A stretch of DNA of 64,000 nucleotides, taken from Escherichia coli. GTDB lineage: Bacteria > Pseudomonadota > Gammaproteobacteria > Enterobacterales > Enterobacteriaceae. Position numbers and translations under genes: made by a program. This document shows positions 48,586-64,000 of this stretch, piece after piece. Every line of letters begins with the position of its first letter. The stretch's first letter is position 1. The stretch lies in NCBI RefSeq assembly GCF_041248615.1, contig NZ_CP158426.1. One strand, 5' to 3'. Below the pieces are notes generated by a model. It had not been told where the DNA came from and searched no databases. It saw only the letters and a program-made list of their open reading frames with translations.

Positions 48586-48897
48586 ATGAAAAAGATATTG
48601 TTAGTTTGCGCTGCGGGCATGTCAACCAGTATGCTGGTTAAACGTATGATTGATCATGCTAACGCTATTTCACTTGAAGTTAATATTTCCGCATTGGCGA
48701 TTGCAGAGGCTAAAGGGAAAATTAAAAATAACGAAGTTGACGTTGTTTTACTTGGCCCGCAAGTTCGCTTTCAGAAACCAGAGATTGAAGCTGTTGCACA
48801 GGGGAAAATGCCTGTAGCTGTTATCGAGATGAAAGACTATGGCACCATGAACGGACAGGCAGTTCTTGAATTTGCGATGAAACTACTGCAAGAGTAA
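48586..48897 (+). CDS. PTS lactose/cellobiose-family EIIB component, 103 aa (bgcE-like)
   Basis: Track ORF 103 aa MKKILLVCAAGMSTSMLV... with phosphorylatable Cys in LLVCAAGMSTS motif. Confidence 0.9.
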   Translation: MKKILLVCAAGMSTSMLVKRMIDHANAISLEVNISALAIAEAKGKIKNNEVDVVLLGPQVRFQKPEIEAVAQGKMPVAVIEMKDYGTMNGQAVLEFAMKLLQE

Positions 48898-49010
48898 GAA
48901 TCTAATATTATTAAACTATTACCTGAACTAACTTTTCACACATCATAAAATGGATATGGCATACATGCTTTATTGGGATGTATAAATATCCAGAACAACA
49001 GGTATAAAAA

Positions 49011-50333
49011 ATGGGATTAATGACCTCATTCGAACGTGGAATGGAACGTTTTCTTGTTCCAGTTGCTATCAAGTTAAACTCACAAAAACATGTTGCAGCG
49101 GTGAGAGATGGATTCGTTTTTACGTTTCCAATTATCATGGCAAGCTCATTAATTATATTAATTAACTTTGCCATATTATCGCCCGACGGCTTTATTGCCG
49201 GGCTGCTGCATCTGAACCGCGTTTTCCCCAACCTTGAAAAAGCACAAGCTATTTTTACTCCGGTAATGAATGGCTCTGTAAATATCATGTCAATTATGAT
49301 TGCTTTCCTGGTCGCCAGAAATATGGCGATTAGCTATGAGCAAGATGATCTTTTATGCGGATTAACGGCAATAGGAGCATTTTTTATTGTTTATACGCCA
49401 TATCAGATGATAGATGGGCAAGCATTCCTGACGACCAAATATCTCGGCGCACAGGGGTTGTTTGTTGCTGTTATCGTTGCATTAATCACCAGTGAAATAT
49501 TTTGTCGCTTAGCTCGAAACCCAAAAATCACCATAACGATGCCGGCAGCTGTACCTCCTGCGGTATCGCGTTCATTTAAAGTTTTATTGCCAATATTTTT
49601 TGTCATGGTGTTCTTTTCCGCACTTAATTATTGCCTGACACTGATATCCCCGGCAGGATTAAACGATCTCATTTACACATTAATCCAGACGCCGCTCAAA
49701 CATATGGGAACGAATATCTTTGCGGTAATTATCCTGGGGGCTGTGGGTAATTTCCTGTGGGTGCTGGGGATCCACGGACCTAATACCACCTCGGCAATTC
49801 GAGAAACTGTTTTTTCTGAGGCTAATCTGGAGAATCTCTCCTGGGCCGCTCAACACGGCACTACCTGGGGCGCGCCATATCCGATTACCTGGACTTCTAT
49901 TAATGATGCATTCGCCAACTGCGGCGGTTCAGGTATGACGTTGGGGTTATTGTTGGCTATTTTTATCGCGTCTAAGCGTGCGGAATACCGTGATCTGGCA
50001 AAAATGTCGTTTATCCCCGGTATTTTCAATATCAATGAACCGATAATGTTCGGCCTTCCTATTGTACTTAACCCCATCATGATGGTGCCGTTTATTCTGG
50101 TTCCCATTGTTAACTGTGCCATTGGTTACTTCTTTGTTTCGATGGAAATTATTCCACCGGTTGCTTATGCCGTGCCCTGGACTACGCCCGGACCTTTAAT
50201 TGCTTTCCTCGGAACCGGGGGAAACTGGTTGGCGTTACTGGTGGGTTTTTTATGTTTAGGTGTGGCGACAATGATCTATTTACCTTTTGTTATTGCCGCC
50301 AACAAGGTCAATAACATGACAACTAACGGATAA
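49011..50333 (+). CDS. PTS lactose/cellobiose-family EIIC permease, 440 aa (bgcF-like)
   Basis: Track ORF 440 aa polytopic membrane protein with EIIC-type layout. Confidence 0.88.
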   Translation: MGLMTSFERGMERFLVPVAIKLNSQKHVAAVRDGFVFTFPIIMASSLIILINFAILSPDGFIAGLLHLNRVFPNLEKAQAIFTPVMNGSVNIMSIMIAFLVARNMAISYEQDDLLCGLTAIGAFFIVYTPYQMIDGQAFLTTKYLGAQGLFVAVIVALITSEIFCRLARNPKITITMPAAVPPAVSRSFKVLLPIFFVMVFFSALNYCLTLISPAGLNDLIYTLIQTPLKHMGTNIFAVIILGAVGNFLWVLGIHGPNTTSAIRETVFSEANLENLSWAAQHGTTWGAPYPITWTSINDAFANCGGSGMTLGLLLAIFIASKRAEYRDLAKMSFIPGIFNINEPIMFGLPIVLNPIMMVPFILVPIVNCAIGYFFVSMEIIPPVAYAVPWTTPGPLIAFLGTGGNWLALLVGFLCLGVATMIYLPFVIAANKVNNMTTNG

Positions 50334-50354
50334 TCCCATTTACACAGGAAGGAG

Positions 50355-50672
50355 ATGTTGATGTTTGCAGATGAAGAACTTGTTATGGAGTTACTGATCA
50401 ACGCGGGACAGGCACGTTCTGATGCGATGGAAGCCATACGTTGTGCCGGGCAAAAAGACTGGCAGGGCGCAACTCAGCTAATGGCCAGTTCGGAATTAGC
50501 CTGTCTTCAGGCACATAAGATTCAGACCGCGTTAATTAGTCAGGATGAAGGTTGTGGCAAAATAGAAGTTAATTTAATTCTGGTTCATGCACAGGATCAT
50601 TTGATGAATGCAATATTATGCCAGGATTTAGCCAGGGAAATTATTTCATTAAGAAAAGAGCTCCATGCCTGA
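50355..50672 (+). CDS. PTS lactose/cellobiose-family EIIA component, 105 aa (bgcI-like)
   Basis: Track ORF 105 aa, all-helical EIIA-lac type with conserved His in VHAQDHLM; AGGAAGGAG RBS. Confidence 0.9.
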   Translation: MLMFADEELVMELLINAGQARSDAMEAIRCAGQKDWQGATQLMASSELACLQAHKIQTALISQDEGCGKIEVNLILVHAQDHLMNAILCQDLAREIISLRKELHA

Positions 50673-50676
50673 TTTT

Positions 50677-50702
50677 TTCCTCCAGTGCGATAGCTGGAGG
50701 AA
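50677..50702 (+). other. Intra-operon stem-loop between EIIA and porin genes
   Basis: Perfect 9-bp stem TTCCTCCAG/CTGGAGGAA, 8-nt loop, preceded by T6 and followed by AUUAUUACACUCUU, ending 26 nt before porin ATG. Confidence 0.45.
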
Positions 50703-50724
50703 ATTATTACACTCTTAAGGATAA

Positions 50725-54845
<4,121 letters not shown>

Positions 54846-54874
54846 TGAGACTTCAGGAAGATATTACGGAGATA

Positions 54875-54898
54875 TCAGGCTCTGTGATCAGAGCCTGA
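54875..54898 (-). terminator. Hairpin downstream of marB (terminator candidate for marRAB)
   Basis: 10-bp stem TCAGGCTCTG/CAGAGCCTGA with 4-nt loop, 7 nt beyond marB stop. Confidence 0.5.
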
Positions 54899-54904
54899 CA
54901 ATAA

Positions 54905-55123
54905 CTACATAGCGTGTTGATTATAATAGGGCACGCCGAGCGCATCCGACTTATCACTGCCAGTACCCATGTGATTTAAATCAAACGGTGGTTGTTCCTG
55001 CGATGGGGGAACAACCACGACATTGGCACAGGAAGTAACAACCGGCTGCGTGGTTTGTTCCGCAATGCCCTGCGTGGAAAAGAGAATAAACGCAGCTGCT
55101 ATTGCGGATAAAAGTGGTTTCAT
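54905..55123 (-). CDS. marB: Multiple antibiotic resistance protein MarB, 72 aa
   Basis: Track ORF 72 aa MKPLLSAIAAAFILFSTQGIAEQTTQPVVTSCANVVVVPP... Confidence 0.9.
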   Translation of the reverse strand: MKPLLSAIAAAFILFSTQGIAEQTTQPVVTSCANVVVVPPSQEQPPFDLNHMGTGSDKSDALGVPYYNQHAM

Positions 55124-55154
55124 GATTGCCTCAGTGACGTTGTCACGTTATCAA

Positions 55155-55538
55155 CTAGCTGTTGTAATGATTTAATGGATGTAAAAAGCGCGATTCGCCC
55201 TGCATATTGGTCATCCGGTATTTATGTGGCGGAACATCAAAGTAATTTTTGAAGGTTCGGGTCAGAGTTTGTTGCGACTCGAAGCCATATCGTTCTGCCA
55301 GATAGAGTATCGGCTCGTTACTTTCCTTCAGCTTTTGCGCGATTTCCGTCATCTTACGGCTGCGGATGTATTGGCCTAATGAATGACCGGTTTCTTTTTT
55401 AAACATCCGTTGCAGGTGCCATTTAGAGTAACCCGAACGCTCTGACACTTTCTCCAGTGACAGTGGCGATTCCAGGTTGTCCTCGATCCAGTCCAAAATG
55501 CTATGAATGGTAATAGCGTCAGTATTGCGTCTGGACAT
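55155..55538 (-). CDS. marA: AraC-family activator MarA, 127 aa (alternative start 55544 gives 129 aa)
   Basis: Track ORF 129 aa [48 protein letters not shown]... Confidence 0.93.
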
Positions 55539-55558
55539 CGTCATACCTCTTTTTTTGT

Positions 55559-55993
55559 TTACGGCAGGACTTTCTTAAGCAAATGCTCAAGTGTTGCCAC
55601 TTCGTCCGCCGTCAGGTTTTTTGTTAATTCTTGATGCAGGTCCTGGCCAACTAATTGATGGCATTGTTCACATATTGCCGCGCCGCTGGTGGTAAGTTTT
55701 ACCAGTACGCCGCGCTTGTCATTCGGGTTCGGCAACCTTTCCACCCAGCCTTTACAGACCAGGCGATCCAGCATACGGGTCAGCGCCCCCAGGTCGACCG
55801 ATAACACTCTTTTCAGTTCAACCGGAGTAATACACGCCGCGCAGCGGATAGAGCAGAGCACCTTAAACTGTGCCGCGGTAATATCCAGCGGAGACAGATA
55901 CTCGTTAAGCAGGCGATCTTTCTTCTGATTAACCATATGGATTAAGCGACCCAATGGAATAATTTCATTGAACAGATCGCTGGTACTTTTCAC
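55559..55993 (-). CDS. marR: Repressor MarR, 144 aa, GTG start
   Basis: Track ORF 144 aa [33 protein letters not shown]... Confidence 0.93.
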
Positions 55994-55998
55994 ATTAG

Positions 55999-56010
55999 TT
56001 GCCCTGGCAA
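55999..56010. promoter_or_regulatory. MarR operator palindrome (marO site II)
   Basis: TTGCCCTGGCAA palindrome 6 bp upstream of marR start. Confidence 0.8.
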
Positions 56011-56033
56011 GTAATTAGTTGCAGGGGATAATA

Positions 56034-56045
56034 TTGCCCAGGCAA
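56034..56045. promoter_or_regulatory. MarR operator palindrome (marO site I)
   Basis: TTGCCCAGGCAA palindrome. Confidence 0.8.
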
Positions 56046-56067
56046 GTATAAGTCAAATGAATGAATT

Positions 56068-56092
56068 GACCGATGCCACGTTTTGCTAAATC
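56068..56092 (-). promoter_or_regulatory. marbox (MarA/SoxS/Rob binding site) of the marRAB promoter
   Basis: Minus-strand GATTTAGCAAAACGTGGCATCGGTC matches recalled marbox. Confidence 0.7.
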
Positions 56093-56204
56093 GGTTCAAG
56101 TTTTGGTCAGTGCGATGCAAGGCTAGCTAAAGAGTGACACTTTATCGTTGTTTACCCCTTATACTTTTCGCTGATAACCCAGATACACAGGATAACAACC
56201 ACCA

Positions 56205-56870
56205 ATGTTAGATTTATTTAAAGCAATTGGCCTGGGGCTGGTGGTGTTACTACCGTTAGCTAACCCATTAACAACTGTCGCGTTATTTCTTGGCCTGGCA
56301 GGCAACATGAACAGTGCCGAACGTAATCGTCAGTCGTTGATGGCCTCGGTGTACGTCTTTGCCATCATGATGGTGGCGTATTACGCCGGGCAACTGGTGA
56401 TGGATACATTTGGCATTTCGATTCCCGGTCTGCGAATTGCAGGCGGCTTAATCGTCGCGTTTATCGGTTTTCGGATGCTCTTTCCGCAACAGAAAGCAAT
56501 TGATTCACCGGAAGCGAAAAGCAAGTCGGAAGAGCTGGAAGATGAACCCAGCGCCAATATTGCTTTTGTACCACTGGCAATGCCAAGTACCGCCGGTCCG
56601 GGAACCATAGCGATGATTATTAGCTCGGCGTCCACAGTGCGTCAGAGTTCAACCTTTGCTGATTGGGTACTGATGGTTGCGCCGCCGCTGATCTTTTTCC
56701 TGGTGGCGGTTATTTTGTGGGGAAGTCTACGCAGCTCTGGCGCAATTATGCGGCTGGTGGGTAAGGGGGGCATTGAAGCGATCTCCCGTCTGATGGGATT
56801 CCTGCTGGTATGTATGGGGGTGCAGTTTATTATTAACGGCATCCTGGAAATCATTAAAACGTACCACTAA
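56205..56870 (+). CDS. marC: MarC-family inner membrane protein, 221 aa
   Basis: Track ORF 221 aa; divergent from marRAB. Confidence 0.92.
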   Translation: MLDLFKAIGLGLVVLLPLANPLTTVALFLGLAGNMNSAERNRQSLMASVYVFAIMMVAYYAGQLVMDTFGISIPGLRIAGGLIVAFIGFRMLFPQQKAIDSPEAKSKSEELEDEPSANIAFVPLAMPSTAGPGTIAMIISSASTVRQSSTFADWVLMVAPPLIFFLVAVILWGSLRSSGAIMRLVGKGGIEAISRLMGFLLVCMGVQFIINGILEIIKTYH

Positions 56871-56894
56871 AAAAGGCCCGAATGGGCCTTTCAA

Positions 56895-58085
56895 CTATTG
56901 CGTCTGTTCTTCGAGTGTCACTGGCCAGCGGCGGAAAATGATGATTGACCATATTAACGCGGCAAAAGCAGGCACCGCGCCCACATAACCAATCATCGAC
57001 ATTGACCAGTGCAGACTGACCTGATTACCTACCAACGCACCCGCGCCGATTCCAATATTAAATATCCCGGAGAATAGCGCCATCGCGACGTCGGTAGCAT
57101 CTGGTGCCAGCGCCAGCACTTTAACCTGCATACCAAGCCCGATGATCATCATCGCTATCCCCCAGAAAATACTCAGCACCCCGAGGTGTATTTCACTGTT
57201 CGCCGCAGGTAGCAGCAGTGCCAGGCACACCAGCAACAGCGCAATCGCCGTACTTACCAACGCAGACGCATACTGATTACCCAGTTTACCGAAAATCACG
57301 CTGCCAATAATGCCCGCACCACCGAGTAATAACAGTAATGCCGTGGCAAAGTTGGCGCTGAATCCCGCAATGTTTTGCACAAAAGGCTCGATATAGCTGT
57401 ATGCCGTGTAATGGGCGGTGACAACCACCACAGTTAACAAATAAATGCTCATCAATGCCGGGCGGCGGAATAATAGCGGGAGGCTTTTCAGCGAACCGGA
57501 ATGCTCACTGGGCAGTAAGGGAAGTAACTTAATCAGGCACAAAAGGGTGATAAGCGCCCCGATACCAATCGCGAAGAAGGTCATTCGCCAACCGAAATAC
57601 TGCCCCACAATGCGCCCGAGAGGTAAACCTAAGACCATCGCCAGTGCAGTACCGGTGGCAATTAAACTCAATGCCTGTGCTCGCTTCCCGGCCGGAGCCA
57701 TACGGATCGCCAAAGACGCCGTAATCGACCAGAAAATCGCATGTGCAAAAGCCACACCAATGCGACTGATCACCAGAACGGTAAAACTCCACGATAAAAA
57801 CGACAGTACGTGGCTGGCAATAAACACCACAAACAGGCAGATCAGTAATTTGCGCCGTTCAACCTGGCTGGTCATTAACATAAAAGGCAATGACATTAGC
57901 GCTACTACCCATGCGTAAATGGTCAACATAATGCCGACCTGAGCGGTTTGCATGTGAAAACTTTGCGCAATGTCAGAGAGCAGGCCAACTGGGACAAATT
58001 CGGTGGTGTTGAAGATGAAGGCGGCGACTGCCAGCGTAACGACCCGTAGCCACGCCACTTTGCGGGAAACAGTGTTTGTTGTCAT
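56895..58085 (-). CDS. sotB: Sugar efflux MFS transporter SotB (YdeA), 396 aa
   Basis: Track ORF 396 aa, 12-TM MFS. Confidence 0.9.
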
Positions 58086-58234
58086 AACAGATTATCGGGT
58101 GAGTTGCGAAAAAGTGATGAAATGATCTTAAAACGGTTAATGATGTGAATACAATGCATTTGTGATCTGGATCGCGTTTTCCGTTTCTCTGACGCTGATT
58201 CTTTCACGCGTCAGAGAGTCGGTCACATCACGGT

Positions 58235-59350
58235 TTAATAACGTTCAGGGAGGTCTGGCGTTTTGGAGGTTGCGGGTATAGGTGGTCTGACAGGGGAGCG
58301 AGGCCTGTTTTTCACCAGGTCTTCATGAGTAACTTTTGGCGGCGTTTCATTTTTTACAAAAAGTTTGAGGGTCTTGCACGCCATATGTTTGATAATTTTA
58401 TCATCACTTAATGATGCTGGCATCAACACGTCAATCAAATCACTTTCATTGGGATTCATAAATTGGTGATAGTGCAATAACATATTGGCGAAAAATAAAA
58501 ATAAGTCCTGAAAATGTGGAAAATCTTGTTCTGCTAAAATGGATAAAAAGCAGATGCAGACTTCGGGTAGTACATGTTTGTTAGAACCTAGTGAATCCAT
58601 CAGACTTTGCAATAAATCCTCTTTTAATTCGCTGTCCGTTATGTCGAGAATAGCGGTGAGCAAGTTAGGTTCTTTATTCCCGAACCATCTGTGAACCTCA
58701 GAGTTATTCCATAATCGGGGGAGTATGACAAAATTACCGCGAGAGATAAAATTCAGGACAAGCAAATCAAACTGGCGTAAGTAATCTGCAGCGGTATGGT
58801 GATCCGGATGCAGGGGTTCAATATGTGGCGTATGCGCTCTTTTGATAGGAACGCCAGGGTTGATCATTGGAAATTGTTCAATAAAATCATTCAGAAACAG
58901 AAAGAGTACACGCTCGACGCCGGTCTGAAATACGCGCCCCATAGTGACAGGCTTTGGGTTGGGAGCGCAAAAAATATTAATTTCCCCATCATGGCGGAAA
59001 TTATCTAAATAAATAGGGCTTAAATTTATTACTACCTGAAATTCAATATTTTCTTTGTGTCTTCCATTCCTGGCAGGATAAGTGAGTTTAAATTGAACTT
59101 TTTCATTGTATAGCGTGTCGTTACCCCGGAAAGAGGTTCTCTGAATATATGATAAGTTATCAAGGTTATTAAATATCTTTTTTGTGGCTGAGCTGATGTT
59201 TAAAGACGTACGCCACTCTTCATCACATATTATTGTACTTAGCGCATCAATAAAATCCTTTAAAACTTCTTTTACCTGAGGTGCAATATTACGAACGGGA
59301 AAATCATCAGGAAGAGATATGTAATTGCTGATGCTTACTGGCGTAACCAT
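58235..59350 (-). CDS. yneK: Uncharacterized protein YneK, 371 aa
   Basis: Track ORF 371 aa; position between sotB and yneJ. Confidence 0.8.
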   Translation of the reverse strand: MVTPVSISNYISLPDDFPVRNIAPQVKEVLKDFIDALSTIICDEEWRTSLNISSATKKIFNNLDNLSYIQRTSFRGNDTLYNEKVQFKLTYPARNGRHKENIEFQVVINLSPIYLDNFRHDGEINIFCAPNPKPVTMGRVFQTGVERVLFLFLNDFIEQFPMINPGVPIKRAHTPHIEPLHPDHHTAADYLRQFDLLVLNFISRGNFVILPRLWNNSEVHRWFGNKEPNLLTAILDITDSELKEDLLQSLMDSLGSNKHVLPEVCICFLSILAEQDFPHFQDLFLFFANMLLHYHQFMNPNESDLIDVLMPASLSDDKIIKHMACKTLKLFVKNETPPKVTHEDLVKNRPRSPVRPPIPATSKTPDLPERY

Positions 59351-59433
59351 ATTTGCCCCATATAGTCATAAGTCATCGGAGCATCACTATATAGAGCATA
59401 TTAGCCGCAAGAACTATCAAAAATAGCTCATTG

Positions 59434-60309
59434 CTAACTCTGTTTTGCCGAGTCAGACACATCCAGTAGTTGAATAAATGCCTCAAGCGGACGCGTTTTT
59501 GCACCGCGACGCCAGACCAGCCATGTTGTTAACCAACGCCATTGCTCAGCTAACGGCCACGCCTCAACCTGGTGATGCCCCGGCATACTTTCCAGCATAG
59601 AGCGCGGAATAAGCGCAATACCTGCTCCTGCGACCACACAGGCCAACATTCCGTGATAAGACTCCATCTCATGGATAGTTCCCGGAGCGGCACCGTCAGC
59701 ATGAAACCAGCTCTCGAAGTGGCGACGATACGAACAATTGGCGCGGAAGGCATAAATGTTACTGCCATTAACCTGACTGGCGCGGGTTACTGGCGCATGT
59801 CCTTGTGGCGTGACGATCATCAGCTCCTCGCGGTACACCGGTATCCCGTCAATGGCAGTATGGTTAATGGGCCCATCAATAAACGCTGCATTCAGTTTTC
59901 CCTCCAGCACACCTTCCAGCATAGTGCCGGAAGGGCCGGTGGAAAGTGAAAACTGAATTTTGGGATAACGACGGTTAAATTCCGCCAGCGTGGCCGGAAT
60001 GCGCACTGCAGCGGTGCTTTCCAGCGAACCAAGAGAAAATAAACCTTGCGGCTCATCGCCAGCGACAACGCTCCGCGCTTCATCCACTAACGCGAGAATT
60101 TGTTGGCTATAGCGTAAAAAGTTATGCCCGGCAGGCGAGAGACGTAAACGCTGATTCTCGCGAATAAACAGATCAACCCCCAGTTCTGTTTCCAGCTGGC
60201 GTAGACGGGTAGTGAGATTCGACGGCACGCGATGCACTTTTGCTGCAGCCTGGGTAATGCTGCCAGCTTCGGCAACCGCGTTGAACATCTCCAGTTGGGT
60301 CAGATCCAT
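59434..60309 (-). CDS. yneJ: LysR-family transcriptional regulator, 291 aa
   Basis: Track ORF 291 aa with LysR HTH ([40 protein letters not shown]); divergent from sad. Confidence 0.88.
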   Translation of the reverse strand: MDLTQLEMFNAVAEAGSITQAAAKVHRVPSNLTTRLRQLETELGVDLFIRENQRLRLSPAGHNFLRYSQQILALVDEARSVVAGDEPQGLFSLGSLESTAAVRIPATLAEFNRRYPKIQFSLSTGPSGTMLEGVLEGKLNAAFIDGPINHTAIDGIPVYREELMIVTPQGHAPVTRASQVNGSNIYAFRANCSYRRHFESWFHADGAAPGTIHEMESYHGMLACVVAGAGIALIPRSMLESMPGHHQVEAWPLAEQWRWLTTWLVWRRGAKTRPLEAFIQLLDVSDSAKQS

Positions 60310-60409
60310 GGCATTCTCAATTCGTGAATAAGTGGCTTAATATTATTCATTTTCAAGCAAGAGTAAATCTGCGTATATTTTTACCATAACCCATAAAGGA
60401 GATACCCCG

Positions 60410-61798
60410 ATGACCATTACTCCGGCAACCCATGCAATTTCGATAAATCCTGCCACTGGTGAACAACTTTCTGTGCTGCCGTGGGCTGGCGCTGACGATA
60501 TAGAAAACGCACTTCAACTGGCGGCAGCAGGCTTTCGCGACTGGCGCGAGACAAATATAGATTATCGTGCTGAAAAACTGCGTGATATCGGTAAGGCTCT
60601 GCGTGTCCGTAGCGAAGAAATGGCGCAAATGATCACCCGTGAAATGGGCAAACCAATCAACCAGGCGCGCGCTGAAGTGGCGAAATCGGCGAATTTGTGT
60701 GACTGGTATGCAGAACATGGTCCGGCAATGCTGAAGGCGGAACCTACGCTGGTGGAAAATCAGCAGGCAGTTATTGAGTATCGACCGTTGGGGACAATTC
60801 TGGCGATTATGCCGTGGAATTTTCCGTTATGGCAGGTGATGCGTGGCGCGGTTCCCATCATTCTTGCAGGTAACGGCTACTTACTTAAACATGCGCCGAA
60901 TGTGATGGGCTGTGCACAGCTCATTGCCCAGGTCTTTAAAGATGCGGGTATCCCACAAGGCGTATATTGCTGGCTGAATGCCGACAACGACGGCGTCAGT
61001 CAGATGATTAAAGACTCGCGCATTGCTGCTGTCACGGTGACCGGAAGTGTTCGTGCGGGAGCGGCTATTGGCGCACAGGCTGGAGCGGCACTGAAAAAAT
61101 GCGTACTGGAACTGGGCGGTTCGGATCCATTTATTGTGCTTAACGATGCCGATCTGGAACTGGCGGTTAAAGCGGCGGTAGCCGGACGTTATCAGAATAC
61201 CGGACAGGTTTGTGCAGCGGCAAAACGCTTTATCATCGAAGAGGGAATTGCTTCGGCATTTACCGAACGTTTTGTGGCAGCTGCGGCAGCCTTGAAAATG
61301 GGCGATCCCCGTGACGAAGAGAACACTCTCGGACCAATGGCTCGTTTTGATTTACGTGATGAGCTGCATCATCAGGTGGAGAAAACCCTGGCGCAGGGTG
61401 CGCGTTTGTTACTGGGCGGGGAAAAGATGGCTGGGGCAGGTAACTACTATCCGCCAACGGTTCTGGCGAATGTTACCCCAGAAATGACCGCGTTTCGGGA
61501 AGAAATGTTTGGCCCCGTTGCGGCAATCACGATTGCGAAAGATGCAGAACATGCACTGGAACTGGCTAATGATAGCGAGTTCGGCCTTTCAGCGACCATT
61601 TTTACCACTGACGAAACACAGGCCGGACAGATGGCGGCACGTCTGGAATGCGGTGGGGTGTTTATCAATGGTTATTGTGCCAGCGACGCGCGAGTGGCCT
61701 TTGGTGGCGTGAAAAAGAGTGGCTTTGGTCGTGAGCTTTCCCATTTCGGCTTACACGAATTCGGTAATATCCAGACGGTGTGGAAAGACCGGATCTGA
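60410..61798 (+). CDS. sad: NAD-dependent succinate-semialdehyde dehydrogenase, 462 aa
   Basis: Track ORF 462 aa aldehyde dehydrogenase family (ELGGSDP, catalytic Cys in GQVCAAAKR); AAGGAG RBS. Confidence 0.92.
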   Translation: MTITPATHAISINPATGEQLSVLPWAGADDIENALQLAAAGFRDWRETNIDYRAEKLRDIGKALRVRSEEMAQMITREMGKPINQARAEVAKSANLCDWYAEHGPAMLKAEPTLVENQQAVIEYRPLGTILAIMPWNFPLWQVMRGAVPIILAGNGYLLKHAPNVMGCAQLIAQVFKDAGIPQGVYCWLNADNDGVSQMIKDSRIAAVTVTGSVRAGAAIGAQAGAALKKCVLELGGSDPFIVLNDADLELAVKAAVAGRYQNTGQVCAAAKRFIIEEGIASAFTERFVAAAAALKMGDPRDEENTLGPMARFDLRDELHHQVEKTLAQGARLLLGGEKMAGAGNYYPPTVLANVTPEMTAFREEMFGPVAAITIAKDAEHALELANDSEFGLSATIFTTDETQAGQMAARLECGGVFINGYCASDARVAFGGVKKSGFGRELSHFGLHEFGNIQTVWKDRI

Positions 61799-61861
61799 CG
61801 CTACATATTCAGCTCTGATATACTCGCAGGTCTTTTCAGACCTGCGGTCCAGGAGTAGAAA

Positions 61862-62788
61862 GTGGCAGTCGCCATGGATAATGCAATTTTAGAAAACATC
61901 TTGCGGCAAGTGCGGCCGCTCATTGGTCAGGGTAAAGTCGCGGATTATATTCCGGCGCTGGCTACGGTAGACGGTTCCCGATTGGGCATTGCTATCTGTA
62001 CCGTTGACGGACAGCTTTTTCAGGCCGGAGACGCGCAAGAACGTTTTTCCATTCAGTCTATTTCCAAAGTGCTGAGTCTCGTTGTCGCCATGCGTCATTA
62101 CTCCGAAGAGGAAATCTGGCAACGCGTCGGCAAAGATCCGTCTGGATCACCGTTCAATTCTTTAGTGCAACTGGAAATGGAGCAGGGTATTCCGCGTAAT
62201 CCGTTTATTAATGCCGGTGCGCTGGTGGTCTGCGATATGTTGCAAGGGCGATTAAGCGCACCACGGCAACGTATGCTGGAAGTCGTGCGCGGCTTAAGCG
62301 GTGTGTCTGATATTTCCTACGATACGGTGGTAGCGCGTTCCGAATTTGAACATTCCGCGCGAAATGCGGCTATCGCCTGGCTGATGAAGTCGTTTGGCAA
62401 TTTCCATCATGACGTGACAACCGTTCTGCAAAACTACTTTCATTACTGCGCTCTGAAAATGAGCTGTGTAGAGCTGGCCCGGACGTTTGTCTTTCTGGCT
62501 AATCAGGGGAAAGCTATTCATATTGATGAACCTGTGGTGACGCCAATGCAGGCGCGGCAAATTAACGCACTGATGGCGACCAGTGGTATGTACCAGAACG
62601 CGGGGGAGTTTGCCTGGCGGGTGGGACTACCGGCGAAATCTGGCGTTGGTGGCGGTATTGTGGCGATTGTTCCGCATGAAATGGCCATCGCAGTCTGGAG
62701 CCCGGAACTGGATGATGCCGGTAACTCGCTTGCGGGCATTGCTGTCCTTGAACAATTGACGAAACAACTAGGGCGTTCGGTTTATTAA
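61862..62788 (+). CDS. glsB: Glutaminase 2, 308 aa, GTG start
   Basis: Track ORF 308 aa [34 protein letters not shown]... (serine-dependent glutaminase family, SISK motif). Confidence 0.9.
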   Translation: MAVAMDNAILENILRQVRPLIGQGKVADYIPALATVDGSRLGIAICTVDGQLFQAGDAQERFSIQSISKVLSLVVAMRHYSEEEIWQRVGKDPSGSPFNSLVQLEMEQGIPRNPFINAGALVVCDMLQGRLSAPRQRMLEVVRGLSGVSDISYDTVVARSEFEHSARNAAIAWLMKSFGNFHHDVTTVLQNYFHYCALKMSCVELARTFVFLANQGKAIHIDEPVVTPMQARQINALMATSGMYQNAGEFAWRVGLPAKSGVGGGIVAIVPHEMAIAVWSPELDDAGNSLAGIAVLEQLTKQLGRSVY

Positions 62789-63147
62789 TGCAGTCTCTCG
62801 ATCCACTCTTCGCGCGTTTATCCCGTTCAAAATTTCGCTCTCGGTTTCGTTTGGGCATGAAAGAGCGTCAGTATTGTCTGGAGAAAGGCGCGCCAGTCAT
62901 CGAACAACATGCGGCGGATTTTGTCGCTAAACGTCTTGCTCCGGCATTACCGACTAATGACGGTAAGCAAACCCCCATGCGCGGGCATCCGGTGTTTATC
63001 GCTCAGCACGCCACTGCAACCTGTTGTCGCGGTTGTCTGGCTAAGTGGCATAACATTCCGCAGGGTGTTTCGTTAAGCGAGGAACAACAACGTTATATCG
63101 TGGCGGTAATCTATCACTGGTTGGTTATACAGATGAATCAGCCATGA
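62788..63147 (+). CDS. yneG: DUF4186 family protein, 119 aa
   Basis: Track ORF 119 aa; ATG overlaps glsB stop (TAATG). Confidence 0.8.
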   Translation: MQSLDPLFARLSRSKFRSRFRLGMKERQYCLEKGAPVIEQHAADFVAKRLAPALPTNDGKQTPMRGHPVFIAQHATATCCRGCLAKWHNIPQGVSLSEEQQRYIVAVIYHWLVIQMNQP

Positions 63148-63285
63148 TAATTGCGGAAAACGATAAAATAGCATTCCCAGGATATCTTTATTTGCCGCCG
63201 CTGTCAGCGAACATGCTATCCTTTATAAGAATTTACTTATTACGTTGAGATAATTGCCACCCGCAATTGTATGGACAGATAATTA

Positions 63286-64000
63286 ATGCATGTACAGCCC
63301 ATTTCAACTTTCCGTTTGTTCCAGGAAGGTCATCTGCTACGTAATAGCATCGCTATTTTTGCGCTAACCACGCTGTTCTATTTCATTGGTGCAGAGTTAC
63401 GGCTGGTTCACGAACTTTCTCTTTTCTGGCCGCTGAATGGCGTAATGGCGGGGGTGTTTGCCCGCTATGTCTGGCTTAATCGGCTGCATTACTATGCGAT
63501 CAGTTATGTGGCGATGCTGGTTTATGATGCCATAACCACCGAATGGGGGCTGGTTTCACTGGCTATCAATTTCTCCAATATGATGTTTATTGTTACCGTC
63601 GCCTTACTGGTCGCGCGGGATAAGCGTCTGGGGAAAAATAAGTACGAACCAGTAAGTGCCTTACGGCTATTTAATTACTGTCTGATTGCCGCATTATTAT
63701 GCGCTATTGTCGGGGCGATTGGTTCGGTCAGTATTGATAGTCTGGATTTCTGGCCTTTGCTTGCGGACTGGTTCAGTGAGCAATTCTCAACGGGCGTGTT
63801 GATCGTGCCTTGTATGCTGACGTTGGCTATTCCGGGAGTGCTGCCGCGCTTTAAAGCAGAACAGATGATGCCCGCCATCGCGCTTATTGTGTCGGTTATT
63901 GCCTCGGTAGTCATTGGCGGAGCGGGGAGTCTGGCGTTCCCACTGCCTGCATTAATCTGGTGTGCAGTGCGCTATACGCCGCAGGTAACATGTCTGTTGA
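63286..64000 (+). CDS. dgcF: Membrane-anchored diguanylate cyclase DgcF (YneF), N-terminal part only (runs off window end)
   Basis: Manual translation from ATG 63286 is open to the window end (MHVQPISTFRLFQEGHLLRNSIAIFALTT..., multi-TM); not in track because no stop. Confidence 0.7.
   Translation, partial: MHVQPISTFRLFQEGHLLRNSIAIFALTTLFYFIGAELRLVHELSLFWPLNGVMAGVFARYVWLNRLHYYAISYVAMLVYDAITTEWGLVSLAINFSNMMFIVTVALLVARDKRLGKNKYEPVSALRLFNYCLIAALLCAIVGAIGSVSIDSLDFWPLLADWFSEQFSTGVLIVPCMLTLAIPGVLPRFKAEQMMPAIALIVSVIASVVIGGAGSLAFPLPALIWCAVRYTPQVTCLL

Overview
This window is Escherichia coli chromosome from the replication-terminus region, collinear with K-12 from manA to dgcF (b1613 down to b1522, reverse-complemented). 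It differs from K-12 in three ways: no Qin prophage (ydfJ is intact next to rspB), no ydeJ between dcp and ydeI, and a ~7.2 kb accessory island between the convergent eamA and marB genes. The island carries a GntR/HutC-type regulator divergent from a lactose/cellobiose-family PTS (EIIB, EIIC, EIIA), a LamB/ScrY-like porin and a GH1 6-phospho-beta-glucosidase. Gene content and order match, from memory, the bgc beta-glucoside operon reported in extraintestinal E. coli, so it is accessory but probably not undescribed. The glucosidase gene is inactivated by a complete 1331-bp IS2 with no target-site duplication and about 120 codons missing. I found no tRNA, rRNA, CRISPR array or phage genes. The only candidates for something unannotated are small: a 34-codon hydrophobic ORF with its own intrinsic terminator between asr and ynfM, plus the mgtS/MgrR and ydgU small genes that the >=60-aa ORF track cannot show. 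All identifications rest on reading the sequence and recalled protein families and K-12 gene order; no database search was run.
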